Positions 1-12,907 of a DNA stretch of 64,000 bases are shown here, one piece after another. This DNA comes from Perna viridis. Lineage: Eukaryota. The notes under the pieces were generated by a model. The model did no database searches, was not told where the DNA came from, and saw only the letters and a list, made by a program, of their open reading frames with translations. Numbering within the stretch: the first letter of the stretch is position 1; every line of letters starts with the position of its first letter. Position numbers and translations under genes: made by a program. Location of the stretch: the NCBI GenBank assembly GCA_037379345.1, contig CM074520.1, forward strand, positions 35,870,664-35,934,663. The letters are read 5' to 3'.

Positions 1-695
1 CTGCCCGTTTAAGAAAAAACCTCATTGTCTTGAAAGTCATAATATTAGAAGAAGTATCAAGTTTATGTGGAAGTACTACCGATTGTACCTAGACATACAT
101 GGGGGAAATGTCGACATTTTCAACTAAATTATTTTCAGTTATCTCAAATAAAAAAACCTATATTCATTGATTTGAAATAAAATCTATACCGGGTCTTTCT
201 TTTATAAGAATCGGGTCTCCCTTTGTATCTAAACCGAGAACTTTTCCAATGAAAAGTGCTCAAGGTCACTGAAAGATTGATTAATCTAAATCAGGTCCTT
301 GGCTGTTTTGTAAACACCATAAATATGCAGTTATAGTTAATTAACTATTATTTTTTTAAAATGGGAATGACTTTTGCCTAAATAAAATTATTAAAGACAA
401 CGGTTTTATTCAAAAATATGGGTGCTTGTAAGATGAAATGATGGAAAGAATGCTCGGCCCTCTGCTTGATTTCGTTTTTTTTTTTTTTTTTTTTTTTTCA
501 CGATAAACAAGATTTCAATCGATGTACGTTCTGTTGAGATAAAAGGCATTTTCGTTCATATACAAGTATTGTTAATAAATACAATATCGTTGCTTGTTTG
601 TGCGTTTTAAGCAGTTACAAGTATGCAAAAGGCCGTACCAGAAAAAATATAAGACATCTACCTTTCGTCAATGCGCCCTTCCGCCATCTTGCATA

Positions 696-902
696 CTGTG
701 AAAGTACTTTAATTCGTAGATACCAATTTTCGTGGATTAGGGAAGAAACACAAGTTCGTGGGTTCTTTAATTCGTGGTTTTGTGGTTTTCAGTACACACT
801 TCAACGGAAATCTTCTTTTCGTTGGGAACCAAATTTCGTGGTTTGGCTTACCCACGAAAACCACGAAAGTTGGTACCCCACGAACAATTAGTGTTTTCAC
901 AG
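696..902. mobile_element. MITE with CTGTGAAA...TTTCACAG terminal inverted repeats and TA target duplication
   Basis: TA|CTGTGAAA at 694-703 and TTTCACAG|TA ending 904; internal TTCGTGG/CCACGAA repeats. Confidence 0.7.
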
Positions 903-1201
903 TAATCGAAACCAGGTCCGAAAATTTCTAAACCGGGTTCGTTCAGGACAGTGTCCCTATAAATGAGTTTTCAGTATAATACAGTAATAATGATATAATT
1001 ATTTTCATTTTAAGCATACCAAACATGAAAACATACCCAATGACAAAAATATTTATTGCTCTGTTTTGATGTCGCAATAATGATAAAATAGTTAACAGGT
1101 TTTTTTTTTTTTTAAATTTTAAACCTTCGTCTCTTGTACTCGCAAATTGCGTTCAAAAAAAAAGCTTTTAGCGTGTTTTGACTGATCTGATTTATGTATA
1201 G

Positions 1202-1514
1202 AAGAGTAATCAAGGGAACCAAGGTTATAGCGGTAATCAAAAGAACGTAATCCAGGGAAAAAGACCAGACATGGAAAACAGACACACACAACAAAGAACA
1301 TAAAGTAACTAATATCATACATACAAAGTAACAAAAGTAAATGAGCAACTCGGACTCCACTAAAATTGGGAGCATGGACCAGGTGCACCGGTAGGGTAAG
1401 CGTCCTCTGCTTTTCTAGAAACACCCGCCGAGTTGCTCATAAATAGTCAAGTCCGGGGTAGACAAACGAGGAAAGGCAAACTATGACCCGTTGAATGAAC
1501 CAGTTTTCATGGTG
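1202..1514 (-). mobile_element. 3' end / pseudo-LTR of Penelope-like retroelement family A (copy)
   Basis: Reverse complement of the ~300-bp repeat that follows the PLE RT at 47820-48616; ends at the shared CCCTTGATTACTCTT terminus. Confidence 0.85.
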
Positions 1515-1786
1515 CTGATGGATGCACCATAGCGATCCAGACAGTCATCTTAGCACATCAGGTGTCTCACAAGGAGCAGGAGCTATTCACCTTATCGGAA
1601 CAGCTGGCATCTATCCGTTGACCGTCGATGTTCGTCATAATTGTTTTTAAAAGTTTAATCGGAAATTAATCTTTACATATTTTGGGTTTTCCTTTGTGCT
1701 TTAATTTGGGGTACAGCCTAACTGACTTCTAATAAAGTGTAAAGACGAAAATTTGTTTTACTAATGATGTAAAGAACAATTATTAA

Positions 1787-2579
1787 CAGGGGAGTAGCTA
1801 GACCTGTTTTAGTTGTACGCAAAATTACGGCGAGGGGTCTTTGGGGGGGGGGTCGCTCAAGGCCCCCAGTGAGTCCGGCAAGGCAAAACCCTGAGGGAAA
1901 ATCCTGAATTTTAACGATTTTGGAGCCAGTTTTTTCAGAGCCTATACTACGTTCATGGTATGCATATGTGATAATTTTAAAGTGAGCAAACTAATTTAGA
2001 ATCAAAACAAATGCTAAAAATAGATCGTAGAGGTTGAACTATACAGGAAGTAAATTAACACGTCAGAACGAACTTGCAGCTTTAACAGGTTGGTAAACTG
2101 TTTTTTCATGAACGATATTAATATCATGTACCATATCAATCATTGTTATCCTATCAGAACGTTATGTACATTCATATCCTTACGGAGGTTGCAATCATAC
2201 AATGTATTAAGCTATCATCATAATAGTTCAAAGATAATCTACATATAGGGCTGTGTGCGTTGTTGTTTTGAGGGGCGGTACGGTAGGAAAGGCAGTGGCC
2301 ATACAAATATTCATCATGGCTAAAGTTCCATGGGATAGCATTCGTTGTTTCAGGTCAACTTTTAGAAAGCCTCTGATTTGCCGATACCAAAAGAATTTCA
2401 TCTTTCATAGATGCATTATGACTCCATTCCGAACTTTTCAACATAAATCATATAATATAAAACGTTTTTGACTCTGTATAGGCATTTCTAGGTAAAAAGT
2501 TGTGTGTATGTTAGCTTAAAGCAAAACCTCCCGCCGCTTCCTTAGTGGTCATAGCCGTCCAGAAGTTACTGCTCCCCTG
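1787..2579. mobile_element. Non-autonomous DNA transposon with CAGGGGAG TIRs
   Basis: CAGGGGAGTAG at 1787 and CTGCTCCCCTG ending 2579; G-rich subterminal tract; no clear TSD. Confidence 0.45.
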
Positions 2580-3193
2580 AAATAAATGAAGGCATGTGAC
2601 AAAAATGTATTATATGCACAACCAAAATTAGTACATGTAAACTTGTAGTAGTACCTATACAAGTGAAGAAAATATTTTCATGAAACCACATTATCGCTTA
2701 GCTCAAACGTTGTTAGATTACCTCTCTTTCCGAGTTGTTTGGTGGGTGTGTTATCATGCATAATTTCCAACTTTTACAAAATTTATATCTTGAATTCAGT
2801 TACTGATTATTATTTACATTTAAATAGTACTTTATGAGAAAAACTTTTCGCTTTTAAAATCAACATGTATTCCATTCAAATAATATCAGATAAATTGCAA
2901 ATTTCAGAAGGCTGTACATGTTTTTCAGAGAATAACGCCTCTTTTGTAGCATTGGAATTAAATACGTAGAAAGTTTAAGATTCTTATGTAAATTGTACAT
3001 GTACAAAAATAGTTAAAACAAAAGTGTCGAATCCAGCACCGATGAATTACAATTATTAAGAATTATGTATTTACAAGAAATGACACTTCATGAAATGCGG
3101 TAACTGTAATTCTCCGGAAGTGTTTACGTACACTTGTAAATGTAACGAGATTGAGTACTTCCGTTCATGTCCAAATTGATGTAGTTAATACTG

Positions 3194-5197
3194 TAGGCCA
3201 CACTTAAAAACATTTCAGTCTGTACATACCAGACCCTCATTTTCATGAATGGGTAACCGTAGATAGGCTTTTTTTTGGCAAAAAAAGTACGTCATATATG
3301 TGTAACAACTATCCGAATTCCATTACTGTCTCATACATTGTATTTCTTCCTATATGAGAGCTTTATATAGTATAGCATTGAGATGAGTCTTATAAGATGA
3401 TTCTATGTTTTGACTGCTTGGGGAATACTTTGAAGATGTTCTTTAGATAAAACTCACTAAAAGATGGAAGAGGATTAAATAGTATTGTGGAATATGCCTT
3501 ATGTTATTGAAGAACAGAAAAATTAAATATTCTGATCTGACAGCATCTATTGATTTAATTTACTAGGCATTGTATTTAAAAAAAACAACATAAACTCTGA
3601 ACTGTTTAATTTAATTAGATGAAATGAAATGACTAGACATAAAGAGAATGTTTAGAAGACAATTATATTTTTTGACTTCAATTTTCATATGTTTTTAGAT
3701 ATCTTTTTTTTTAATTAGTTTTATTTCTTTTCACTTTTAATTTTCATTGATAATTTTACATAGAAATCGAATTGTAACCTTGATCTAGTTACGATAAGAT
3801 AGTCGTTGTTTGTCTGGTCATCCAGTACATGGAACTAATTAATTATGTTGATAGCGGTCAGCTGTTTAACATATTTATTGATCTGTATCTGACAGACAAT
3901 GAGAAAGTAAAAGTTCAAATTGGTAATTTGGGGAGTTTTCCGTTACATTTAGGTTAATTGGGTTTACTAGTTCAGATTCGGCACATAATTATGGTCAGTT
4001 AGAAATCAGAGTTCGATCGGTAAACATTGTATTCAAATATGTGAATGTATATATTGTGTAAATAAACATAGGATTAGAAAGATCGTTTTTAATCGAAATC
4101 ATGGTCGTAAAAAAAAGTTCGTCGTCTAGCTTCCCAATTACATAATTGAACAAACAATCGTAAAATCGCTTCCACTGCGCAACCACTCTGCTCCAGAGAA
4201 CAATCTTGAAAACTAAATTAACTATCCAGTTCCATATTTCAAAAAAAACATCACAGGAGTTTCTCAGTTTCCCTTATCATCTCTAACACAAAGGAAAGTC
4301 ATTTTTTTATTAGCATCCTTTTTGGTATTGTCTGCTTTTCAACAGTTACACAGTTATTGCAGACTGAAAGTACAACCGTAAACTTCTTCAGTTCCTTGTC
4401 AGGTTGTACATCTGGCCTACAACAAAAACAGCAGATGTCCAGTCTTTCAACACCAGATGAGTAGTAAGGAAATTCAATATATGAGTTCGACAAACAATTT
4501 GAGGCCTTGTAAATATCTTTCCATGTAACAGTCTCCTGAAATAAAAAAAAATATAAAATTCATATCGAAATGAGAAAAAAAATTCAAAAGTGTATAGAAA
4601 AAGATGTCGAAGAAGCAATAATTCAACCTGAATAAAAAAATCAGCCCAAGGCAACAAGGCAACCCAATGGGTCTTCAATGAATGTAAGGACACAGATTGA
4701 GAACATTTCAGCGTCAAAGCAACAAAACAAAAAATATATTCTAATCAATGGGTTTACCTACCAGGAATAGTTCTTCGTGGTTTCAAAATTGCACTATTGC
4801 AGTATTTGACACGGTGGCAAGAACACTTTCTGTCTTCCTAAGGCCGATCTCGCCCGGCTCCGATATCTCATCAAATACATCATGCCATGTTGAAGAAGTT
4901 GGAAAACTGTATAGTCTGTTTTTAATCATATGTTTTATCTTGTTGTTTTCAGACGACGACAGTGAAAATCTGTCCATCTTTATACTCGGAATATTACTTT
5001 AATCGTATGTTACCCCGGCGGCTTGGGTAAGCTCCGAGAGTTTCGGAAATACTGAAAAGAAACAAGCGGAACAATGTCAGTAAAATAAAAACAAATCCGG
5101 AAAAAAACTTTTTTTCGGGTCGGTTGATAAATGGACTCGTGTAGTACAGAAATGAATCCTTAGGAAAAATGGAAACTGTTTATATAATTTAGCCCTA
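3194..5197 (-). mobile_element. Decayed DNA transposon remnant (possibly Zator-like) retaining a C-terminal Zn-finger fragment
   Basis: Minus-strand peptide IEFPYYSSG..DICCFCC..VLSVCNNC (4299-4493) resembles Cys-rich transposase C-termini; imperfect TAGG-starting inverted ends near 3194 and 5197. Confidence 0.35.
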
Positions 5198-5849
5198 CAC
5201 CATTCCCTTCTTTAAAGGTTTTCTTATTAGCAAATAATTCGAATATTGAAATAATTCTTGTAAATTGAGAGAATTTCTAGTTCAAAGAAGCAAATTTCCT
5301 TTTTTTTTCATCTGAACTTTTCACAAATATTGTTTATTTTTTATTGTAAATGGGCATGTCTAAACACAAAAATTACCTTCAATTGTATCTTCTTTGTAAA
5401 AACAACTCATAGAAACATTTTCAATTCCAAGTTTGAAGTCATTTACAGATTGTAAACAACAAATTTACCAAAACACCTAAGCCGAAAATTTGTATTCTTT
5501 AATACGGTTGATGTGATGGTCTGAAGCGGTTGAAAGCATAAAAATATTGTCGAAAATGCGATTAATATTTATATTTTTACGACATGAATAGCAATGCAAA
5601 AGTTATGGTTTTGCTTAAAAACTAGCAAAGAATGCGGCGGGGTAAAGTACTTCGGCGTGATCACAACCCTACCCTTTTAAAATCAGGCCACTGTGGAAAA
5701 AATATTACACAATTAAGCGCATCTAAAAACCATATATAATTCAAGTCTATCCTGCATAACAATGCATGGACATATGTTCAGTACCATAACGACTTGGAAA
5801 AATAATAATATACACCTATAATTCATTCGAAACTATGCATTTTTTTGCC

Positions 5850-6115
5850 GCTGCCCCAAGTCAGGAATTTCTGGTCTCTGAGGGTCTTGTTTCGTTTTCA
5901 CCTTTAGTGTATTTTTATGTTACCTGAGTATTTAGGGGCAACACTTTCGCTGTACTTGTGTATAATGGTGTTTTGGGGCTAGCTGCAGCATGTCCTGGGT
6001 TGTGAGGGTTTCCTTGTCGTTCATTGAAGACCATTGGGTGGCCTTAGGCTGACATTTTGATACAGGTGGGCCAGGGTTGTCTGTTTGACATATTTACCAT
6101 ACTTATTCTCGTTAT
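5850..6115 (+). repeat. Decayed dispersed repeat (PLE-terminus-like, family B)
   Basis: CCCAAGTCAGGAA...GTTGTCTGTTTGACATATT; related to 42110-42425; the segment at 6022-6052 recurs inverted near 4642-4680. Confidence 0.4.
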
Positions 6116-6470
6116 ATTCGTTAAATGATATGGACTAAAATACGTTTCCTCGGCTTTAGAATTTTCCAATATGTTTATCATCGAACAAATTTACGATAAC
6201 ATCAACCGCTTTATACGAGCACACACTTGTAATAAATTCAGCCGCTGTAAAATCAACACCACTTCATTGAAAATAGCCTAATCTCCTCTTAAAAAACAGT
6301 TATTATTTATAAATAGCTGATATACATGTATCAACTATCATACTAGGAACATCGACTCTATGAAATGATTGCCCTAGAATACGTTTATCTCGAATTATAT
6401 TAAAAAAATATCTACGATGACCAAGATTAGTCTAATGTCCGGACAAAAATGAATTACACACGCATCTTCT

Positions 6471-6733
6471 GTTGAACGTGTCATAGTTTTCCTTTCCTCT
6501 TTCGACTACCTCGGACTTGTCTAGGCGGGTGTTTCTAAAAAGCAGAGGACGATTGGTCCATGCTCCCAGTTTTTGTGGAGTTTGAGTTGCTCATTTGGTT
6601 TTGTTGCTTTGTGTATATTATTTTAGTTACTTTGTGTTCTTTGTTGTGTGTGTCTGTTTTCCGTGTCTGGTCTTTGTCCCTGGATTACATTCTTTTGATT
6701 ACCGCTAGAACCTTGGTTCCCTTGATTACTCTT
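6471..6733 (+). mobile_element. Penelope-like family A 3' end (copy with internal deletions)
   Basis: High identity to the other copies; same 3' terminus. Confidence 0.85.
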
Positions 6734-7186
6734 ATCAACTTTTTCAAACTATTGGAAGTTGAACATATGCCTTTTAACTGAGAGATAATACAGCCTAATA
6801 AGTCATACTTATCATGTTTAATCTTATATAACAATATTACTAACTTACCTCAGTTCTACTTTAAATTTGTTTATCAACCGTGTTTACTATAATCACCGCT
6901 TTGGATTAAGGAACGGGTTTAACGGGATGTAAAATGTATATAAGAAAAAATAACAATTTAGTATGATCTGGCGACTTTTATTTATAAGTATTGCCATCTT
7001 TTCCCTAACATTAAGCATTAACGACGGAAATCCCTTTATTTGCGCAGTCTTGGCTTATTTTATTTTTTTTAAATTGAGAACTTTGTTTTTATTTATAACG
7101 GCATCAAATGCTTGTAACAGATTGCTATGTAAGTTCTGTAGAAACGTATTCTTAAAACATTTATTTTTTTCAGCTGCTGGTATAAA

Positions 7187-7971
7187 ATGGCTCAAATACC
7201 TACTCAAAATCACTGTGAGATGTGCATGAATGCATGTGGAAACGATTACTGTCTGGACTGTAACCAGTATTTTTGTCACAACTGCAAAACAAGTCACCTT
7301 AGAATTGCTGTGTGCAAGAACCACCGATTTAAGTCATCTGGTCTCGCCACTTCCGATCCCAATGTGTTCTGCCAAGACCACAACGACTCATTTGTCTTTA
7401 TATGTGATGAATGTCAACTTCCGGTTTGCAGACAATGTACAGTGAAAACACACAGAGGACACTTGATGGCAGATATAGCAGAAACTGTAGCGAGCCGAAA
7501 GTCAGATTTTCTGTCGTCGATAAGATCAACTCTTGAAGGGGATGATGCAAAACATTTAGATGATGTCGCCCGACATATAGATGATCGTATATCGAAACTA
7601 GATGTCCATGAGGCTGAAACCGTTCGTGATATTCGGGAAGATGGAGAAGCAATTAAAAGCACTATAGACAATATTGTTAAGGAGTTAGAAAAAGATCTGA
7701 TTAATCAAACGACTGAACGAAAGAAAGAGCTTAAAAAATCTCTCCAGGAAACACAGAAAACAAAAGATTTAATGACAAATATGCGTTCTAAAGAACAAGA
7801 AATAAGAACTAGTCGAGAAACTATAGCATTACTTGGCGAAATGAAGCAGCTAGAAGGAACCTTCAGCAAACTGAAAATTCCCGACGTACAGGAGCCGTCG
7901 GTCGTCTTTTACCGTGCTGCTCAGAGAAGCAGTGATGCCGTCAGAGATCTAATGGGAAGACTTGTCATCAG
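7187..7971 (+). CDS. Coding exon 1 of RING-less TRIM-like protein: B-box1, B-box2, coiled coil
   Basis: CEMC..YCLDCNQYFCHNCKTSH..CKNH and CQDH..ICDECQLPVCRQCTVKTHRGH, then a heptad-rich helix; acceptor TTTTCAG just before the ATG; donor AG|GTAGGT at 7972, phase 2. Confidence 0.9.
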
Positions 7972-8360
7972 GTAGGTATTAAAAACTTGTACAAGTACAT
8001 GTACCATCCAATAAGAGTGAGTTGGAATTATAGGATAATATGGATTAATTGCATGCATATTTTCGAATATCGTTATAAATAATTCAATTTGTCACGTTTT
8101 AGGTACATGTAGTTGATTATACATTTTGAAGTACAAATGTGTGCCTACAATACTCATAACAGTTCAATTCAATAACAAGTTTTTGGAAAAGTTATTTTTC
8201 TTGATATCACTAATGAAAAGATAAGTTTAACTTGCTTTGTTGCACAAATGTTATGGTAGTAACCGAATATCTGACATCGTGCAGTAGAAAATAACCTTAA
8301 CTTCCAACATATACATGTAAACACGTTTCGTCATTTTTAATAGTCCACCTGGTCACTCAG

Positions 8361-9523
8361 TTTTGCTCACCTGGTCGAAGGTCATGTGAGCTATTGCCAT
8401 CACTTGACGTCCGTCGTCGTTAACAATTATACAAAACTCTTCTCCTCTGACACTACTTGACCAATTAAAACCAAACTTGGAATGAATGTTCTTGGGGTAT
8501 CCTGCATAGAACTGGTATAGATATTTTAGATCCGTCAAAAACATGGCCGTTGTTACTAAAAATAGAACATAGGGTCAGACAGAAGTTTTTCGCATATATC
8601 TACAAAACCGTTATGTTTACCTAAATCCTGACTGCGCAAGAGTTCAGTATGATGAAATCTATCTGGGGTCAAACTTTTGTTGTAATCCGTTAAGCCATGT
8701 TGGAGTTATTGCCCTTTTTCGACGTTTTTTTGCTATTGTTGATGTTCATTCTTTAAAAATCTTCTCCTCTGACACTACTCGACCAACTGGAACCAAACTT
8801 GGTATGAATGTTCTTTCGGGTATCCTGCATAGAACTAATTTGGGGATTTATGATCGATTGAAAAACATGACCGCTGTTACTAAAAATAGAACATAGGAGT
8901 TAGACAGTAGTTTTTGGCATATATCTCCAAAACCGTTAGGTTTAGCCACATTCTGACATGAATAAAAGGGTTCTGCATAATGAGATATATCTGTGGTCAA
9001 ATGTTCATTTTAACCTGGTAAGCCATGTTGGAGTTATTGCCCTTTTTCGACTTTTTGTTTTTGGCTATTTTTAATGTTGTTTCTTTCAAATATCTTCTCC
9101 TCTGACCCTACTCCATCAATTGGAACCAAACGTGGTATAAATGTTCCTTGGGGCATCATGCATAGAACTGACAGTAGTTTTTCGCTTATTATATCTCCAA
9201 AACCTTTAGGTTGAGCCAAATTCTTTATTATTATTAGGCCTACAAAAGTCACAAAGGTATCGGAAGTTGTCAGACAACTGCACTTGAAAGATGGAAAATG
9301 AAAATTATATGGTTTTTGTTTATTTTTACAGCTTTCAGCCAATATCTTGAAAACTATAAAAGATATAAAAAAAACCTTTCAATTGCTGAAATGATCCTCA
9401 TGATAAGTCCTACCAAAGTCTTCCTTGAGTCAAAATTGTTGGACAACTCCTTGTTACATTTATTGCCCTTGAAAGACAAAATTTAACCAGGTATGCGATT
9501 CAGGCTCCTGGGAGCCTCTTGTT
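8361..9523 (+). mobile_element. Non-autonomous Helitron/Helentron-type element (HINE) in the TRIM intron
   Basis: 5' GCTCACCTGG..GTGAGC hairpin followed by CGTCGTCG; internal repeats of TCTTCTCCTCTGAC..AACCAAAC; 3' hairpin AGGCTCCTGGGAGCCT+CTTGTT; related to 40674-41413. Confidence 0.75.
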
Positions 9524-9595
9524 ATTTAATCAAATTGTTGACTGTTATGCATTTCTATTTCAAATCCTTAATAGGTGATACAAAATATAAATATG

Positions 9596-9710
9596 TTATT
9601 ACATGGCATTTCCCATATCGCCTCGATCCTGATCAGTTCTCGACTACGGCGCGGGCTTGAGATGGTAGTCATGGGCTGATACCATGGGCGAAATGGAAAA
9701 TGCTATGCAC
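9596..9710. repeat. Short palindromic MITE-like hairpin
   Basis: GCATTTCCCATATCGCC versus GGCGAAATGGAAAATGC inverted arms. Confidence 0.45.
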
Positions 9711-10504
9711 ACCCAACCTTTAAAATTATAACCTCAAGTTGCCCCATTGACTGCTGTAAAGGCTTTCTTCCATAACTCGTTCTATCTTTGAGACAAAAAA
9801 AAATCCTACCTGATTAATCTAACCGATTCTTTTCGTTATACTTAAAGATGTAGATGTAGTTTGTGACAGTCCGGAACATAGAAGTATAACGTAGAAGAAA
9901 GTTTTTCTTACGCGTTTAAATTTACAGTTTATAAAATATGATAAAACGTGGGAATGACATAGTAGAACGAAGTTATTAATGAAGGCATAAATATACTTAG
10001 TGAAAAAAAAACGGGCAAGTCTATTTATACTAAGGATACATGTAATCAGGAGATATCTCTATTGCATTTGAAGATTTGTAGATGCCTTCCATTGGGATGG
10101 GTTTGACGGTCGCTGATTAAGTTTACTGGCGACTGTTATATCTAGAAAAAAAGTTATTTGCCTATCCGTTCATCCTGGAAACTGTATTTTTAAACATTTC
10201 AAAATAACGCCTGTAGCATTTAGGAACGGAGAATCAGTTTAATCCACAATAGTGATTAATGACGATGTGGTGGTTCTGGTTTCAACAAATAGTTTGTTGT
10301 TTCCTTTTTAGTTTTCTTGGTTTCGTATCCCTTGGCATTTTAGTTTATGATACAAATATCACTATATTTAAAGTAGATTTCGCTTCCATTTACAAATACT
10401 ATTGTTTAATTTTATGAAACAAAATGTGAATTCAGTTCTGAAAAAAATCAGTCAATAATTTCTTATAATTCTATGATATCTATACTGTGTTGTTTTTTTT
10501 TCAG

Positions 10505-11570
10505 TGTTGTGAAGCCGATTATAGTTCAGAAAGAAAAGGTCTTAAGCGGCCAAGTATTTGACAGGATGCTAAGCCATGGTACGCAATTCCGAAACGGGTT
10601 TCAACAACTGACCAATCAACTAAAAATCAAGAAAGTACAAGATGACAACCAAGCACTTATTGCATTCTACAGGATACAAACGGTGAATAAATTCAATACA
10701 AACTGTCCAAAGAAGGTTAACATTTTATTAGAATTCGACGAAGATAGTCCATGGCAGCGTCTAGTAACAGACACCACTGCAGTTTTGGGTCAGGCTGCGC
10801 CCGGTTTAGAATTTTATTTCGTCCGCGAACAAAGCGAAGCAGATATACTTGTTCGCGAAAATACTGCTGCACGAGAAAATACAAGAATTTATTGGGAACA
10901 ATCCGGCGAAACTTATAAAGCTATTATCTCCCTTTGTGCCCGGAACTCCGTTAGAACATCTATGCTTTCCACAATCTGTATGCTTGAACTTTTGTATGCG
11001 CTTGGTTTCCACTACAAAATGATGCAGTTGTTCTGCACTCTTGCATCTTTATCTGATGGCAGTGCAGATCACCAGACTATCCAGAGATTTGATCCATATA
11101 GCTTATTACTTTTTGGAAGTAATGTACTTATTGATGACTCCACATGGGAGCTACACATTAGGGATGTCAAAAGTATTAATCTTAGTGAAATGGACAAAGT
11201 AATGCTCAACTTACTTTTCCCGCCATGCTTGACCAAATCATATAATCCGCAGCTAAGCGACGTGACGTCAATGTTGTACTGTGGACGTAGGGTCATGGAG
11301 GATCACAATAGACCGGAACGATCGCACACCGACGGGAGATGTGGCCCAACCAATGGGGCAAACTGCCCGGCATGCCGTACGCTTATTGAACCAAAAAAGA
11401 ATAAAATAGCTTCTATTCTAGCTGGGGGTAGATTTCAGGGTTGGAGTGGCGATGTTTACTGCTACAAACAAAATAATATTGGTCCCTTTCGTAGCGCTAA
11501 AACACGAATGCGTGTATGTGGCCCAAATTTTGGTGAACCTTGTTCATCTTGCTATGGTTTGATTTTGTAA
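10505..11570 (+). CDS. Coding exon 2 of the TRIM-like protein: degenerate astacin/metzincin-like domain plus duplicated Cys-rich motif (total protein 616 aa)
   Basis: Acceptor T-tract+CAG at 10504, phase 2 compatible with exon 1; LELLYALGFHYK, FDPYSLLLFGS, LSEMDKVMLNLLFPPC; CGPTNGANCPAC and CGPNFGEPCSSC. Confidence 0.85.
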
Positions 11571-11656
11571 TTCACATTTAGAAAAAAAGATATTGTATTG
11601 TGTATTTTAATACGAAGTTATTCAATAATCATGGGTGGGTGCTGTTTAATTGTTGA

Positions 11657-12907
11657 TACGGGGCACCGAATGGGGCTAGATCTTTTTGTGATCAAAATTA
11701 ATTTTGTGAGACAAAAGTCTATTTTGTGTCACAAAATTCAATTTTGTGGAACAAAATTCACTTTTGTGAGACAGATAAGATTCAATTTTGTGTCGCAAAA
11801 TTCAATTCTGTGTCACAAAAGTCAATTCTGTGCCACAAAATTCAATTATGTGAGACAAAATTCAATTTCGTCGTAAAAGTCAATTTTGTATGCAAATTAG
11901 TTTACAGAATCCTTTGGATATGCAAATTAATTCAAAATGTGCAGCATCATGTACACGTGTATTACAAACTTAAAGCAGTGGATATGGTTCGAATGTGTAC
12001 GGTTATAATAAAGCTCATAAGCGAAAGAAATGTCAGATATCGTAATCGTATTACCGACTGTGTCACTTAATCTTGAATCTGAAGATAGATTGTTTGAGCG
12101 TTAATCAAAAGGGAAACGTAAGTTAGACACGTACAATGTACTATATTGGATTTTAATCTCGCCCGACCTGTTCCACTCAACCGAATTTCTTGTGTCATAC
12201 ATCAATAAAATCGGAATGAAATAAGGAATCTATCTATATCTGGCAAAAATTTGGTTGCGATTAACAGGTCGGGCAAAGCATTCTATAGTTGAATTGAAAG
12301 ATGTCAGGTAATGATCATGTGATTCACCAGGAGAAATCCCAATAAATCGAGAGTAGAAAAATCGCGTGTTTTAAAACCTCTTTTATCGAACAAATTTCAT
12401 AGAAAACGTATAATAGCAATTTTAGTCATTTCAAAACAGTTTTACTGTAGAAACAACTTGAAAGATATTTTTTGCAATTTCACCTAAAACGGCCTTATTA
12501 ACCGTCCTGCGTTGCTCGAAGTAATCGGAAACCTGCGGTTACTATATCCAATGAGAATCTTTACAAAATCGTGATGAGAGAATTCATTTGCATATTCAAA
12601 GATTCTGTAAACAAATTTGCGTACAAAATTGACTTTTTCGACAAAATTCAATTTTGTCTCACAAATTTTAATTTTGTGACACAAAGTTGAATTTTGTCTC
12701 ACAAAATTGACTTTTGAGACACAAAACAGTCTCACAAATTTGATTTTTGTGACACCGAATTGAATTTTGTGTCACAGAATTGACTTTTGTGACACAAAAT
12801 TGAAAATCTGTAGTATTTTATAAATTTTGTTAATCTGAATTCACTTTTGTCTGTGCAAATTTTAATTTTGAGTACAAAACCGGAGGAGCCCCATTCGGCG
12901 TCCCGTA
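11657..12907. mobile_element. Foldback-like non-autonomous DNA transposon with subterminal ~21-bp tandem repeats
   Basis: TIRs TACGGGGCACCGAATGGGGCT / AGCCCCATTCGGCGTCCCGTA; inverted arrays of TTCAATTTTGTGTCACAAAA at both ends. Confidence 0.8.

Noticed and set aside
1112-1424. Recurrent hydrophobic ORFs (..VESELLICFCYFVCMILVTLCSLL..) at 1112, 6560, 15256, 45543, 48402, 59178 as a membrane-peptide family
   Set aside because: They are translations of the T-rich PLE 3' repeat; starts, frames and ends differ between copies
11690-11890. Cys/Phe repeat ORFs 11598-12070 and 12484-12735
   Set aside because: Translations of the subterminal 21-bp repeats of the foldback element
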